Assembly (NCBI GenBank): GCA_965221695.1
Contig: OZ244905.1
Coordinates: 704,001 to 768,000, forward strand
Reading direction: 5' to 3'
Source: Gammaproteobacteria bacterium
Lineage (GTDB): Bacteria; Pseudomonadota; Gammaproteobacteria; Eutrophobiales; Eutrophobiaceae
DNA length: 64,000 nt
Below the pieces are notes generated by a model. That model was not told the origin of the DNA and made no database searches. It was given only the letters and a program-made list of their open reading frames with translations. The translations under genes were made by a program, and so were the position numbers. Below, in pieces: positions 9,239 to 20,061 of this stretch (the stretch's first letter is position 1; each line of letters begins with the position of its first letter).

Positions 9239-11788
9239 TCAGGACTTATCCTTGATTGAAATCGATATTTCGGTTTCCTTGGCGTTGTTGACTTCTTCCC
9301 TGGAAAAAGGCAGGAATTTATGTTTGAACTGCTGGTATAACTCCATCTGATCATCATAATGTCGCGCTTTGCTGCCGTCCGGCGCTAAAAATCCACTCTG
9401 TCCCGGCGCGAAGCTGTCCCAGCCGAGAATGGCGCTGCCGTTTGCAATGAACAGATTGTTTTCACTGCCACGGTTCATAATTACAGGCAACTGTAATGTA
9501 TTGTCCGCTGTAGTCTGCGCAACGCCGCGGAAGTTAAACGTGGAAAAAATCTGTGGGTGCGTTTTGGCGCGCCATTGTTCCATATCATTGCCGAAGCGGT
9601 CGACCAGTTGCGTAATCGCCGCAGAAAAAGTCGTCAGCAACACATCGGCTGGATTACTGCCGTTAAAGAAATCATAATCGGCGTTATTATTACCGTTACT
9701 TTGAGCCATGGTATTCACTATGGTCTTTATACAGGGAGAAACGGCAATAGACGCGCTGACAGCATCAGTCGGGTAACCCGGGGATGCGAAACGAAAAAAG
9801 AATTCTTCACCGATATCATCTTTCAATACGTCTTCGCATAACTTTGTCAGCCATGTCTGCATGATCATCGGCGCGGCAGTATCAAAATATCCATCTTCGT
9901 TTTGATCTCGCCAGTAGCCGTCCCAGTTCTGCAGTGTCTGAAATGCGGATTTCACTGCTTGCGGCGCGTCATACCGCTTCATTTTGTCCGCCAGCATGGG
10001 GTTCAAATAACGAAAATTAACATCGGCAAAAGAACTGCGACTGTTAATATCCCATGCTTCGCGGCTGCTGAACGCAACTTTCGATTCGAGCTCATCAATC
10101 AGAATATCCACGCGCTCCGCCTTGCCCCAGCGCCGCCACCACAGGTCTGAATTTCGCCAATCATGTTCCGGCCGGTTGTTCCAGTTGGTGATATAGCCCT
10201 GTTTTGGATTGTAAACATAGGGATTATGTTCAAATGAGGTGTACCCCAGCCAATCCATACTGCCATCACCAGGCGCCGGTAACCTGTTATCGTGCAGCGT
10301 GTTTCGTAACGGGTATCTGCCAGTATGGGTATATCCGATATTGCCGTCCTTATCGAGGTAGTACAAATTGATATTGGTCGACATGATTGCCAGTTGCTGA
10401 CGCCATGTAGCGAAATCTCCGGTTCTCGCCATCTCCATCCAGGCCAGGCAGGTTTCCATTTCCCTGCCTTCCCAGGCGCGCTTTTTACTGAAGATACGGC
10501 CCGCTGCTTTATCGTACTGGACCACCGGGCCATAGTGAGAATAATAAAACGTATGGTTTACATCAGCGGCATCTTTTATCGCTATTTTCTCGTTGCGAAC
10601 GCTGAGCGGGCGATAACGCCCATCATGCCAATACTCATTTTCATTTTCCGGGTTCAGGCGGCTGACAAAAATATCGACAAGGTCGCCAAAACCGGCTGTG
10701 CTGCCCCAGGATATTGCGCCATTATGCGCGAACAGAAGAAACGGAACCGCGAGCAGGGTATTGCCGACGACGTCAAGGCCGCCGCCGTGCAAGCCGACAC
10801 CGTATACATACGAGGGATTAATCCATCCGAATTGCGGACCATTCACCAATATGCCCTGCGCTTCCCTGGTTTTACTTCTGCCAAGCGCCCACACATTGCT
10901 TGCGGATGAATAACCTGCTGTGCCGGGAATGCCGCTCAGTGAAAACTGTTCACGGGCGTAAGCCTGTTGTTGTTGCGCATCTGCGAACTGTTTAAACCTG
11001 CCGCTCTCATCAAAAGTAACTGGTGGCGGCGTATCAATGGCAGCTTGATAGATACTTTGCAGATAGACAGGCTCTTCCTCGCCACGATAAACTAGGGTTC
11101 TTCTCTGCGCATCCTCATCCGGCACAGTGACCGGTGAGGCTTTGTCATAAATTGGCAGCGTTGCATTGAAGATGCGCCAGGCTTTGTCAGCCCCATGCTG
11201 TTGTTGCAAACTTTTTAAAAATGCGAGGTTATTGACTTCCTCGTTGAAGTCGGCATAACGATGCGCCAATGCGCCGACGATTACCAGGAAAACATCGTAA
11301 GCTGTCCAGGCATATGGGGTAAAACCGAAATCGGCGAATTCCTTTGGCAGCAGGCGATCGGTATCCTGCATCACCTCCTCTATCCAGTGGTTAATCCCGT
11401 CAGCATAGCCCCTGAAAGGCGCTGACTGGCTGTCATTGAGTTGTTCTATCTGCTTGCGTAAAGCAGCAGGATCGAAACCCGTTCTGACCGTAATATCAAT
11501 ATCGAGATAGTCCTTGCCAAGCGCTTCGGCAACGCGCCCGGATGTGGTGCGCTTCAGCATTTCCATCTGGAACAGTCGATCCTGGCCTACCGCGTAGCCG
11601 TATCCGTAATACAGGGAGTAAGTATCATCGGCATAAATATGCGGCACACCATAGCCATCCCTGATAATTTTTACCGTTGATGGTTCGGCAGCCGGCGAGA
11701 GCGGAACAGCAACCGGCAGCAGACAGCAAAAAAGCCGGCATATCCAAAGTTTCTTATGCGCGAATCTCATTACAGGGAAAAGCCTCAT
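9239..11788 (-). CDS. Penicillin acylase-family (Ntn hydrolase, peptidase S45) amidase, secreted
   Basis: RDGYGVPHIYA, QDRLFQME, beta-subunit start SNVW, NGPQFG, NWNN and NRGSEN motifs. Start at ATG 11788 or 11770. Confidence 0.9.
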   Translation of the reverse strand: MRLFPVMRFAHKKLWICRLFCCLLPVAVPLSPAAEPSTVKIIRDGYGVPHIYADDTYSLYYGYGYAVGQDRLFQMEMLKRTTSGRVAEALGKDYLDIDITVRTGFDPAALRKQIEQLNDSQSAPFRGYADGINHWIEEVMQDTDRLLPKEFADFGFTPYAWTAYDVFLVIVGALAHRYADFNEEVNNLAFLKSLQQQHGADKAWRIFNATLPIYDKASPVTVPDEDAQRRTLVYRGEEEPVYLQSIYQAAIDTPPPVTFDESGRFKQFADAQQQQAYAREQFSLSGIPGTAGYSSASNVWALGRSKTREAQGILVNGPQFGWINPSYVYGVGLHGGGLDVVGNTLLAVPFLLFAHNGAISWGSTAGFGDLVDIFVSRLNPENENEYWHDGRYRPLSVRNEKIAIKDAADVNHTFYYSHYGPVVQYDKAAGRIFSKKRAWEGREMETCLAWMEMARTGDFATWRQQLAIMSTNINLYYLDKDGNIGYTHTGRYPLRNTLHDNRLPAPGDGSMDWLGYTSFEHNPYVYNPKQGYITNWNNRPEHDWRNSDLWWRRWGKAERVDILIDELESKVAFSSREAWDINSRSSFADVNFRYLNPMLADKMKRYDAPQAVKSAFQTLQNWDGYWRDQNEDGYFDTAAPMIMQTWLTKLCEDVLKDDIGEEFFFRFASPGYPTDAVSASIAVSPCIKTIVNTMAQSNGNNNADYDFFNGSNPADVLLTTFSAAITQLVDRFGNDMEQWRAKTHPQIFSTFNFRGVAQTTADNTLQLPVIMNRGSENNLFIANGSAILGWDSFAPGQSGFLAPDGSKARHYDDQMELYQQFKHKFLPFSREEVNNAKETEISISIKDKS

Positions 11789-11836
11789 ATTCCATCTCAG
11801 ACCATGCAAACCCTCATGATCATATCTGTGCACGTC

Positions 11837-12150
11837 CCGTACCACTCCCACGAAAGTGGGAGTCCAGTTAAATTCTGTGTCGCCCGCAGGGCGACGCTTT
11901 TATTTACTGGATTCCCGTTTGCACGGGAATGGGATGGGGGGCGCTTCCGTGAACCCCGCCACAATAACCACTCCCGCGGAAGCGGGAGTCCAGTTAAATT
12001 CTGTGTCGCCCGGAGGGCGACCCTTTGTCTCACTGGATTCCCGTTTGCACGGGAATGGGGTGTGGGCGCTTCCGTGAACCCCGCCACCGTACCACTCCCA
12101 CGGAAGTGGGAGTCCAGTCCAATACTGTGTCGCCCGCAGGGCGACGCTTT
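11837..12150. repeat. REP/BIME-like tandem cluster of composite hairpin units (~2.5 units, ~125 bp period)
   Basis: CCACTCCC recurs at 11842, 11968 and 12092. Each unit has ACTCCC-N8-GGGAGT, GTCGCCC-N3-GGGCGAC and ATTCCC-N8-GGGAAT hairpins. Confidence 0.88.
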
Positions 12151-12166
12151 ATAATACCGCTTTGGA

Positions 12167-14440
12167 TTAATAGCTATACGTAGCCGTTATGCCATATGTT
12201 TGCGGTGGCCCCCACACGCCGATCACTCCCGGGCCGATGACGTAGGAATGAGAGATATAATCTTCCTTAGTCAGGTTCTTGCCCCAGACAGCCACTTCCA
12301 GTTTCTCGTTCGCTGAAGTCCAGGCAATGCGCGCATCCACCAGTTCATGTTGCTGAACAACGGTACGCTGGTCGATATAGTCATTGATCTGCTCATCCAT
12401 GTAGCTGTATTCCACCTGGAAATCGAAGGATCCCATTGCGGTCGGCAGGTTATAGCCCAGTATTAAGTTCCAGGAACTCTCAGGCGCCTGGCGCAGGTTG
12501 GACCCGGATGCATCGGTAGTGCCGGCAAGTGTTTCGATAACCAGATCGTTCACTTCGCTGTCCATGTAGGCATAGTTGCCCAGGAAACGGATGTTATCAG
12601 TCGGGTACCAGCCCCATTCCACTTCAATGCCATAAATATCCGCTTGGCCGATGTTGGTGGTCTGGAAAGTGCCGAACGCGGAACCGACAACCGGACCGAA
12701 GCGGACGATCTGCAGATCTTCATAGTCTGTGTAATAACCGGTGATATTCAGGCGCAGACTGGCGTCGAAAAGATCGCCTTTGAAACCCAGCTCATAGTTA
12801 ATCGCTGTCTCCGGGCTCACCGAGGTCGATGCGCTTGACTGCACGCCCTGGGAACCGGCGAACCCACCGGATTTATAGCCCGTGGTGACAGAGCCATAAA
12901 CCATTACATCGTCATTCGGGAAGTACTGTAGCGCCGCCTTGTAGGACAACTCATCCCAGTTGTCGCTGGGCGAGACAGTAAAGGATTCACTGACAATGTT
13001 CAGGCTCCCGCGAACGCCGGCGCACTCGGGGAAGTTTGCAAACGGGCCGCTGTCGGGCAGGTTGCCGCAATCCACTGCAGTGGCCGTGTAGTTCTTTTTA
13101 TCATAGGTATAGCGCAGTCCCACGGTGAGATTCCAGTCTTCCCGGAATGCCCAGTCACCCTGACCGTAGGCCGCATAGCTGTTGGTGATATTCTGTGTCC
13201 GTGTGTATTCGTTGCCGATGACGGCCTGGTTGCCGACCGCAGTCTGAGTCAATCCCGTGTAATCGCCTGCTTTTGTGATCTTGAACTGCTCCACACGGTC
13301 AGTCTTTTCCCGGAAGTAAAAGACCCCGGCCGTATAGTTGATATTGCCATCCAAGTCGGAGGTCCAGCGCAGTTCCTGTTGAACTGTCTCTATGTCTTCG
13401 ACAATATCATCAATGACTTCATCGAAAGGCAGCCCTATTGCGCCAAGTCCGACGCCCACTGACTGCATTTCCCAGTCTGTGCTGTGGTCACGATAGGCGC
13501 TGATACTGGTGAGGGTACCGCTGCCAAATTCAATATCGCCTTGCAGGCTGACGCCCCAGGCTTCGCGCATGGAAAAACCGTCATACGGCGAGGCATTCTG
13601 ACGGGGTCCGGTAATGCCGTTAGCAGCGCCAATCACGCTCAGTGGCGCATTGTCAGCGAGCGGGGTACGGCCCATATCGGTGCGGTCGTCTTCCATATAA
13701 TCAACCGACAACAACCATTCAGAAGAATCGAGGTCCATGCGCAACTGGCCGCGCACGGAAGTCTGGTCCTGGTCCTGGAGTTCCGTGCCCAGAAGCACAT
13801 TATCCACATAACCGTCATGCTGCCGGTGATTGACGCTGATCTTGCCTGTCAGGTTTTCCGTCAAGGGACCGCTTGCGTAACCTTGTGCCCGAAAAATACC
13901 CTCGTTGCCGCCGGTGACTCCAACCTTGGCAGTGAACTCATCCGATGGTTTGGATGTGACGACGTTAAATGCGCCGCCAATCGCATTGCGCCCGAACAAG
14001 GTGCCCTGGGGGCCTTTCAGCACCTCAATGCGTTCAAGGTCAAACATATCGAAGTTGATACCGGCGCCGCGTCCAATGTAAACGCCGTCCAGAAACAGCG
14101 CCGTGGAGTTTTCCAGTCCGGCGCCGTCGTCAGCAGAAGAAATGCCGCGAATGGCTACCAGCGCCTGGCCCGGCGCAAATTCCGCGTAGACCACGCCAGG
14201 CACATGCTGCGAGATGGTTGCCGCGTCAAAGATATCGGATTTCTTCAGCGCATCTTCGTTAAGCGCCGTCACCGCCAGGGGCACATCCTGGATGTTCTGC
14301 TGCCGGTGCTGCGCGGTCACAATGACCTCTTCCAAAACTTGGGCTACGCTGCTGCCGGCGTGTAAAGTAGACACAAAAATCGTGATAAAAATCAAATATC
14401 TCACTGCTCTCTCCTGAATGAATAAATTCTGCAATTTCAA
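12167..14440 (-). CDS. TonB-dependent receptor
   Basis: LEEVIVTAQ, DLERIEVLKGPQGTLFGRNAIGGA, GYKSGG, C-terminal aromatic residue. Confidence 0.93.
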   Translation of the reverse strand: MKLQNLFIQERAVRYLIFITIFVSTLHAGSSVAQVLEEVIVTAQHRQQNIQDVPLAVTALNEDALKKSDIFDAATISQHVPGVVYAEFAPGQALVAIRGISSADDGAGLENSTALFLDGVYIGRGAGINFDMFDLERIEVLKGPQGTLFGRNAIGGAFNVVTSKPSDEFTAKVGVTGGNEGIFRAQGYASGPLTENLTGKISVNHRQHDGYVDNVLLGTELQDQDQTSVRGQLRMDLDSSEWLLSVDYMEDDRTDMGRTPLADNAPLSVIGAANGITGPRQNASPYDGFSMREAWGVSLQGDIEFGSGTLTSISAYRDHSTDWEMQSVGVGLGAIGLPFDEVIDDIVEDIETVQQELRWTSDLDGNINYTAGVFYFREKTDRVEQFKITKAGDYTGLTQTAVGNQAVIGNEYTRTQNITNSYAAYGQGDWAFREDWNLTVGLRYTYDKKNYTATAVDCGNLPDSGPFANFPECAGVRGSLNIVSESFTVSPSDNWDELSYKAALQYFPNDDVMVYGSVTTGYKSGGFAGSQGVQSSASTSVSPETAINYELGFKGDLFDASLRLNITGYYTDYEDLQIVRFGPVVGSAFGTFQTTNIGQADIYGIEVEWGWYPTDNIRFLGNYAYMDSEVNDLVIETLAGTTDASGSNLRQAPESSWNLILGYNLPTAMGSFDFQVEYSYMDEQINDYIDQRTVVQQHELVDARIAWTSANEKLEVAVWGKNLTKEDYISHSYVIGPGVIGVWGPPQTYGITATYSY

Positions 14441-14695
14441 TGGTAAAAATCCTAGGCTGATCAGTATGGTTTACATCGATTTTCTGATTACAAACGTGAA
14501 TACAAAAACAGCGCCGGATCAGAGATTCGAAACATCAGACCATCCGTTTACCAGGCAAGCGCTATAACGACTGGATAAATCTGACTTAATACTACTATCA
14601 GGCAGCCATAGTTAGCTGCAAATATTATGATACTACAAAGAGACCAGCAATGTCATATCTCTTAAGCTCGGGCCGTTACTCCCCCACCGGGATCG

Positions 14696-14767
14696 CTGGT
14701 TGCCGAACTGCCCCGCAACGCGATGGACAAAGACCAGAAACGCCTGCTACGAAAGCAGTATAAAGCT
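14696..14767 (+). pseudogene. C-terminal remnant of an AMP-forming acyl-CoA ligase
   Basis: Translates LVAELPRNAMDKDQKRLLRKQYK, resembling the A10 motif LPRNxMGKVQKxxLR. No upstream body. Confidence 0.5.
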
Positions 14768-14918
14768 AGTTTCCAATGGCAGATCGTTCGCTCTTGCGCA
14801 TCGATTACTTGCGGCGCTCACCGGAATTCATAAAAATAACAACTACATGAATAACTATTGTCTGGCTGCCTGAAATATCCTTAATGATTTACGGTTAATC
14901 GGGCACAGACCCAGTGAA

Positions 14919-17336
14919 ATGAAATCACAAACACAGGTTGTAGTTATTGGCGGCGGCGTTGTTGGCTGCAGCATTCTCTATCACCTGGCCAAATTGGGTT
15001 GGTCGGATGTTGTGCTGCTGGAACGCAAAGAACTGACTGCCGGTTCCACTTGGCATGCGGCAGGTGGATTTCATACACTCAATGGCGACCCCAATGTTGC
15101 CCGCCTGCAGAAATACACGATCGACCTTTACCGCGAGATTGAATCGCTGATCGGCGCCTCCGTAGGTATGCACTTGACCGGGGGTATCAGCCTGGCGACT
15201 ACCGAAGCATGGTGGGAGCTGTTAAAGAATGAAGCAGCCCGGCACAAGGTCATGGGCATTAGTTCAGAACTCGTCGGTCCAGCGGAGATCAAAGACCTCT
15301 GTCCAATTGTCGAAGTCAGCGACTTCAGGGGCGGTCTCTACATGGCTGATGAGGGGCACATAGACCCCTATGGCATAACCCATGGATACGCGAGGGCAGC
15401 GAAGCAGTTGGGCGCTGAGATATACCGGCATACCAGGGTCGATGCGCTAAAGCCGCAGGCGAAAGGCGGCTGGGAAGTGATTACGAACCAGGGTACCATC
15501 AGCACGGAGCATGTGGTCAATGCAGCCGGTTTGTGGGCGCGGGAAGTCGGGCAGATGGCAGGTCTGGAATTACCCCTGTTGCCCTTTGAACACCATTACC
15601 TGGTTACGGAAGCCCTCCCCTGTCTGAAAAACCGTGAGCAGGAAATCGTTACCGTGGTAGACCTGGATGCGGAAATATACCTGCGCGAGGAACAATCCGG
15701 CGTTCTGCTGGGCGTATACGAAACTCCGGCCACGCCCTGGGCGGCAGACGGCACCCCCTGGGACTATGGTGAAACTGACTTGCTGCCCAATGACCTGGAT
15801 CGTCTGTATCACGCGCTGGAAAAAGGCTTCAAACGTTTTCCCGAAGTGGCAAATGCGGGCATTAAGCGTATTGTTAACGGCCCTTTTACATTTTCTCCGG
15901 ACGGCAATCCCCTGGTAGGTCCTGTCGCAGGCGCGAGGAATTATTGGGTGGCCTGTGCCGTCATGGCCGGGTTTGCCCAGGGCGGCGGCATTGGCTTGAC
16001 GCTGGCGCAATGGATGATCGAAGGCCAACCCGACGGTGATGTATTCGGTATGGACATTGCCCGGTTTGGCGCCTATGCCGACAAGGACTATACCGCCGCC
16101 AGAGCCAGCGAGTTTTATGAACGGCGTATGCGTATGCGCTATCCCAATGAATTCTGGCCCGCAGGCCGACCCAAACGCAGCACACCACTTTATCCAAGAT
16201 TCAAACAGGACAATGCCGTTTTCGGTGTCAGCGACGGACTTGAAATGCCGCTGTATTTCGCACCGCGCACGGAAGCGCCGGTGGAAACACCCACTTTTCA
16301 GCGCTCCAATGCCTTTCCCACTGTCGGGGAGGAATGTCGCGCAGTACGTACCGGCGCGGGAATTATGGATATCACCGCTTATGGAAAATATGAAATACAT
16401 GGCGCCGATGCTGAGAGTTGGCTGGATAAGATGATCGCCTCCCGGTTACCGGCGATTAACCGTATCAGGCTAGCGCCGTTGCTGTCAGAAAATGGACGAC
16501 TGATGGGCGATCTGACCGTCTGGCGCCTGGCTGATGATCGTTTCATGCTGTTTGGTTCCGGCTACCTGCAGCGATTTCACCTGCGCTGGTTTCGATCCCA
16601 TCTTGAAAAAGCGCGCGTGAAAATCATCGACCATAATGAATCACTGGCAGGCTTATCCGTCTCCGGACCGCTGGCACGCGAGGTACTCCAGGCTGTCAGT
16701 GATGTGCCCTTCGATCATGACGCATTTCCATTTCTGCATGCCCGGCAACTTCATGTGGCGGATTGCGACGCCCTCGTTGGCCGTATCTCGCTGACCGGTG
16801 AACTCGGTTACGAAATCTACCTGCAACCACAGGCCCTGACTGGCGTATATGAAAAACTGCTGGCAGCCGCGCAAGACACGCACCTCCCGCTGCGGCAATA
16901 CGGTGTGTATGCGTTACTGTCCCTGCGCATGGAAAAGTCTTATGGTATCTGGTCGCGCGAGTTCAGCCCGGACTATACGCCAAGAATGTGCGGGCTGGAT
17001 GCATTCGTAGATTATGATAAGGTGGATTTCATTGGCCGCGCTGCCGTGTTGCGGACCAGGGACAGCGCGCCGGCGCAAACTCTGGTCGCTTTTCATATCG
17101 ATACCGAACAAACCGAGGCAGGCGGTTTTGAACCCATCTGGCTGGGTGACGAGTTGGCGGGGTTTACCACTTCGGGCGCTTACGGTCACTACGTGGGAAA
17201 AAGCCTGGCCATGGGATATTTGCAGACTGAGTATCTCGATCAGCAGGAATTTGAAGTATCCATACTCGGCGAACGGCGGCGCGCTACACGGCTGACTGAG
17301 CCTGCTTATGACCCTTCGGGAGGCAAGTTAAGGTGA
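14919..17336 (+). CDS. GcvT-family FAD-dependent oxidoreductase (dimethylglycine/sarcosine dehydrogenase-like)
   Basis: GGGVVG, GSTWHAAG (covalent-FAD His), NGPFTFSPDGNP, SLTGELGYEI and SLRMEK motifs. Confidence 0.92.
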   Translation: MKSQTQVVVIGGGVVGCSILYHLAKLGWSDVVLLERKELTAGSTWHAAGGFHTLNGDPNVARLQKYTIDLYREIESLIGASVGMHLTGGISLATTEAWWELLKNEAARHKVMGISSELVGPAEIKDLCPIVEVSDFRGGLYMADEGHIDPYGITHGYARAAKQLGAEIYRHTRVDALKPQAKGGWEVITNQGTISTEHVVNAAGLWAREVGQMAGLELPLLPFEHHYLVTEALPCLKNREQEIVTVVDLDAEIYLREEQSGVLLGVYETPATPWAADGTPWDYGETDLLPNDLDRLYHALEKGFKRFPEVANAGIKRIVNGPFTFSPDGNPLVGPVAGARNYWVACAVMAGFAQGGGIGLTLAQWMIEGQPDGDVFGMDIARFGAYADKDYTAARASEFYERRMRMRYPNEFWPAGRPKRSTPLYPRFKQDNAVFGVSDGLEMPLYFAPRTEAPVETPTFQRSNAFPTVGEECRAVRTGAGIMDITAYGKYEIHGADAESWLDKMIASRLPAINRIRLAPLLSENGRLMGDLTVWRLADDRFMLFGSGYLQRFHLRWFRSHLEKARVKIIDHNESLAGLSVSGPLAREVLQAVSDVPFDHDAFPFLHARQLHVADCDALVGRISLTGELGYEIYLQPQALTGVYEKLLAAAQDTHLPLRQYGVYALLSLRMEKSYGIWSREFSPDYTPRMCGLDAFVDYDKVDFIGRAAVLRTRDSAPAQTLVAFHIDTEQTEAGGFEPIWLGDELAGFTTSGAYGHYVGKSLAMGYLQTEYLDQQEFEVSILGERRRATRLTEPAYDPSGGKLR

Positions 17337-17343
17337 CCCGGTT

Positions 17344-18546
17344 ATGAATGAAGAGATTAACAAGAGTTTAAATCAGACAGTATTTGAAGCCAGGGGCTTG
17401 CCGGGCTGGTTTTTTACCTCCAAGCAGGTATTCGAAGCGGAAAAACAAGCGTTTTTTCAACGTTCCTGGCTGTGTATCGGCCTGGTAAGCGACGTTGCCG
17501 AGGCCGGTGATGTTTATCCGGTCACCATTCTCGACCAACCCCTGCTGATGGTCCGTTCCCGTGCCGGCATGTTGCGGGTATTTCATAATGTTTGCAGCCA
17601 CCGGGGTACGCAACTGGTCCAGGAACCGCGCCGGTGCGCCAACATCGTTTGTCCCTATCACGCCTGGACGTACAGCCTGGATGGCGCGTTGGACAAGACG
17701 CCGCATGTGGGCGGGCAGGATATTCACGCTTGCGCACAGGTCGACAAAACTGAACTGGGATTAACAGCAGTGCGTAGCGCCACCTGGGCAGGCCTGGTCT
17801 TTGTCAATCTCTCGGGAGACGCCGTCAGTCTTGAAGAACACATGCAGGCGTTGACGCAACGCTGGCAACGCATCGACCTGGCGCTGCTTGAAAACGTGCC
17901 TGACCTGGGCCAGCGTCCGAAATTCCAGGCCAATTGGAAACTGGTGGTGGAGAATTTTGTCGAGAGTTACCATTTGCCCTGGGTGCATAAATCCATGAAT
18001 GCCTTCAATCCTATGGGCGCACATTACCAGATACTTGGCGCAGAACATTACGTCGGTCAAGGGGTAAAAGCCTATAATCCCACGGCTGCGTACGCCGGCA
18101 AACTCAACTTTTTTCCGGCGATGAAAGACCACGAACGGCGCGCCGGCGAATCCATGTACGTCCCGACCAACCTGCTGCTGATCACGATGTCCGATTTCAC
18201 GCTTGCCAACATCATCAATCCTGTTTCCGCCGGCGTGACCAGCGAGCGCCTGGAGTTGTTCCTGATCGGGGATGCTGCAAGCAACCCGGCTCTGCAGTTT
18301 GAGCGTCAGGACCTGATGGATATCCTGGCACAGGTGAATAATGAGGATATCGGAATCTGCGAATTGGCACAAAAGGGCAGAACTTCGGAGGCGTTCAGCG
18401 GCGGCGCTTTTGCCCCCGCACATGAGCGAACGACCTTACATTTCCAACAGTTATTGGCCCACCGGATGCTGGCGGCATCGGGCAACTCAATCCGTGACCT
18501 GCCAGCGCTGTCCGTACAGGACATACATCATCCCGATATTGAATGA
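17344..18546 (+). CDS. Rieske oxygenase alpha subunit (choline monooxygenase/betaine demethylase type)
   Basis: CSHRG...CPYHAW Rieske motif, NWKL..ENF.ESYH..VH iron site, C-terminal ED. Confidence 0.9.
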   Translation: MNEEINKSLNQTVFEARGLPGWFFTSKQVFEAEKQAFFQRSWLCIGLVSDVAEAGDVYPVTILDQPLLMVRSRAGMLRVFHNVCSHRGTQLVQEPRRCANIVCPYHAWTYSLDGALDKTPHVGGQDIHACAQVDKTELGLTAVRSATWAGLVFVNLSGDAVSLEEHMQALTQRWQRIDLALLENVPDLGQRPKFQANWKLVVENFVESYHLPWVHKSMNAFNPMGAHYQILGAEHYVGQGVKAYNPTAAYAGKLNFFPAMKDHERRAGESMYVPTNLLLITMSDFTLANIINPVSAGVTSERLELFLIGDAASNPALQFERQDLMDILAQVNNEDIGICELAQKGRTSEAFSGGAFAPAHERTTLHFQQLLAHRMLAASGNSIRDLPALSVQDIHHPDIE

Positions 18547-18600
18547 AAATGAAAAAAAGCCTGTCAACAGTGCCGGATATGACGAGTACGGCAACGGCTT

Positions 18601-20061
18601 TTGAATAATATGGCAGTTGCCCTCAGTTTCTGTTTTTTTCTGATGCTCATGGTGCTGGTAGGTAATCTATCCGCCAGGCGTAAACGGGAACACACTGCCG
18701 AAGATTACCTGATGGCCGGTCGTTCTCATGGCCGGTTTGTGATCGCGTTGAGCGCGGCGTCATCCGCAGTCAGCGGTTTTGTGATGATCGGGGCAGTCGG
18801 CGCCGGTTATACGATGGGGCTGGTCGCGCTGATGATGCCCCTGGGCTGGTTTATTGGCGACCTGGTTTTCTGGAAATTATTTCCCGACAGAATCAACCAA
18901 CGCGCCCGTGACCACAACTGTATTACCATTCCCGAATTTATCAGCGAGAGTACCGCGAAAAATCGGGATTCAGTGATCAGAAAATACCTGGCCACTGCAA
19001 TCATCGTATTCGTCGGCAGCTATGCCGTTGGCCAGTACCTGGCAGTGGGCAAGGCGGTCAGCGTTGTTTTTGACATTTCGATACCGGCTGCGATCCTCGC
19101 GTCCGGAGCGGTGATACTTTGCTATTCAGCGAAGGGTGGCCTGGAGTCGTCGATACCCACACAGTTTTTTCAGGCGCTGATCATGCTGTTGACTACGGTA
19201 GGCATGCTCTCGATGGCAATCTATCTTGGCGGCGGCCCCACACAGTTGTTGGCAACCCTGCAATCGGCTGACCCGCAATTGTTCTCTCTCAAAGTTGAGC
19301 AGTCTGGATGGGTGGCATTGCTGTTTTTTACTGGATTTGCGGGCGCCGCGTTCACATTCAACATGGGCACCCCCCATTTGCTGGTACGCATTATGGCCGC
19401 GAAAAGTCCGCAGGAAGCGGTAAAAAGCCGTTGGATCTACATGGGCTTCATGCAGGTGACCTGGTTGTGCATGAGTCTTTTTGGTCTGCTGATGAAAGTG
19501 TTATTGCCGGAGATTGCCGATCCGGAGCAAGCATTGCCGGTGTTTGCGCAGGATTACCTGCACCCCGTATTGGCGGGCGCGGTGATGGCAGGGATTTTTG
19601 CCGCGGTGGCATCCACACTTGATGGGCAAATTCTGGTGGTCTCAAGCTCTTTTGCCGTGGATGTATCCCCCGGTTTTTACCGTCGTATGACCCGGCGTTT
19701 GGGCGTGCGTTACCAGTCACTGGTAACCATTCTGGTGTCCATTGCCGTAGCAGTTGTTGCCATCCTGATTAAAGACAGTACCAATGTGTTTACGATTGTT
19801 GTCTTATCCGCATCAGCATTGGGCGGCACCATTGGTTTGGCATTTTTCATTACCCTGATGCGTTGGCGGACTTCAGCCTATGCGCTGGTTGCCGGACTGG
19901 TCGCGGCTATTCTGACGGCATTGGCATGGCGTCATTATGGTCTGAGCAACTATGTGCTGGAAGCGGCGCCCAGTTTTATTGTGGGCCTGCTCACCCACCA
20001 GGTGATCATAACAACTCTCAAATCAGACCCTGACAAAGCTACCGCAAACGTGGCTGATTAG
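18601..20061 (+). CDS. Sodium:solute (proline-type) symporter
   Basis: Many hydrophobic helices; EDYLMAGRS, ALSA.SS..SG, G.PH.LVR.MAAKS and AGIFAA..ST.D motifs. Confidence 0.9.
   Translation: MNNMAVALSFCFFLMLMVLVGNLSARRKREHTAEDYLMAGRSHGRFVIALSAASSAVSGFVMIGAVGAGYTMGLVALMMPLGWFIGDLVFWKLFPDRINQRARDHNCITIPEFISESTAKNRDSVIRKYLATAIIVFVGSYAVGQYLAVGKAVSVVFDISIPAAILASGAVILCYSAKGGLESSIPTQFFQALIMLLTTVGMLSMAIYLGGGPTQLLATLQSADPQLFSLKVEQSGWVALLFFTGFAGAAFTFNMGTPHLLVRIMAAKSPQEAVKSRWIYMGFMQVTWLCMSLFGLLMKVLLPEIADPEQALPVFAQDYLHPVLAGAVMAGIFAAVASTLDGQILVVSSSFAVDVSPGFYRRMTRRLGVRYQSLVTILVSIAVAVVAILIKDSTNVFTIVVLSASALGGTIGLAFFITLMRWRTSAYALVAGLVAAILTALAWRHYGLSNYVLEAAPSFIVGLLTHQVIITTLKSDPDKATANVAD

Noticed and set aside
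11837-12150. CRISPR array
   Set aside because: The intervening sequences are themselves conserved, the period is ~125 bp and no cas genes are present; it fits REP/BIME.
11789-12154. N-terminal extension of the acylase and small ORFs across the repeat
   Set aside because: They arise from REP sequence; the signal peptide starts downstream.
20039-20061. 23-bp convergent overlap of the symporter and AraC as antisense regulation
   Set aside because: Short 3'-3' overlaps are common and there is no further evidence.
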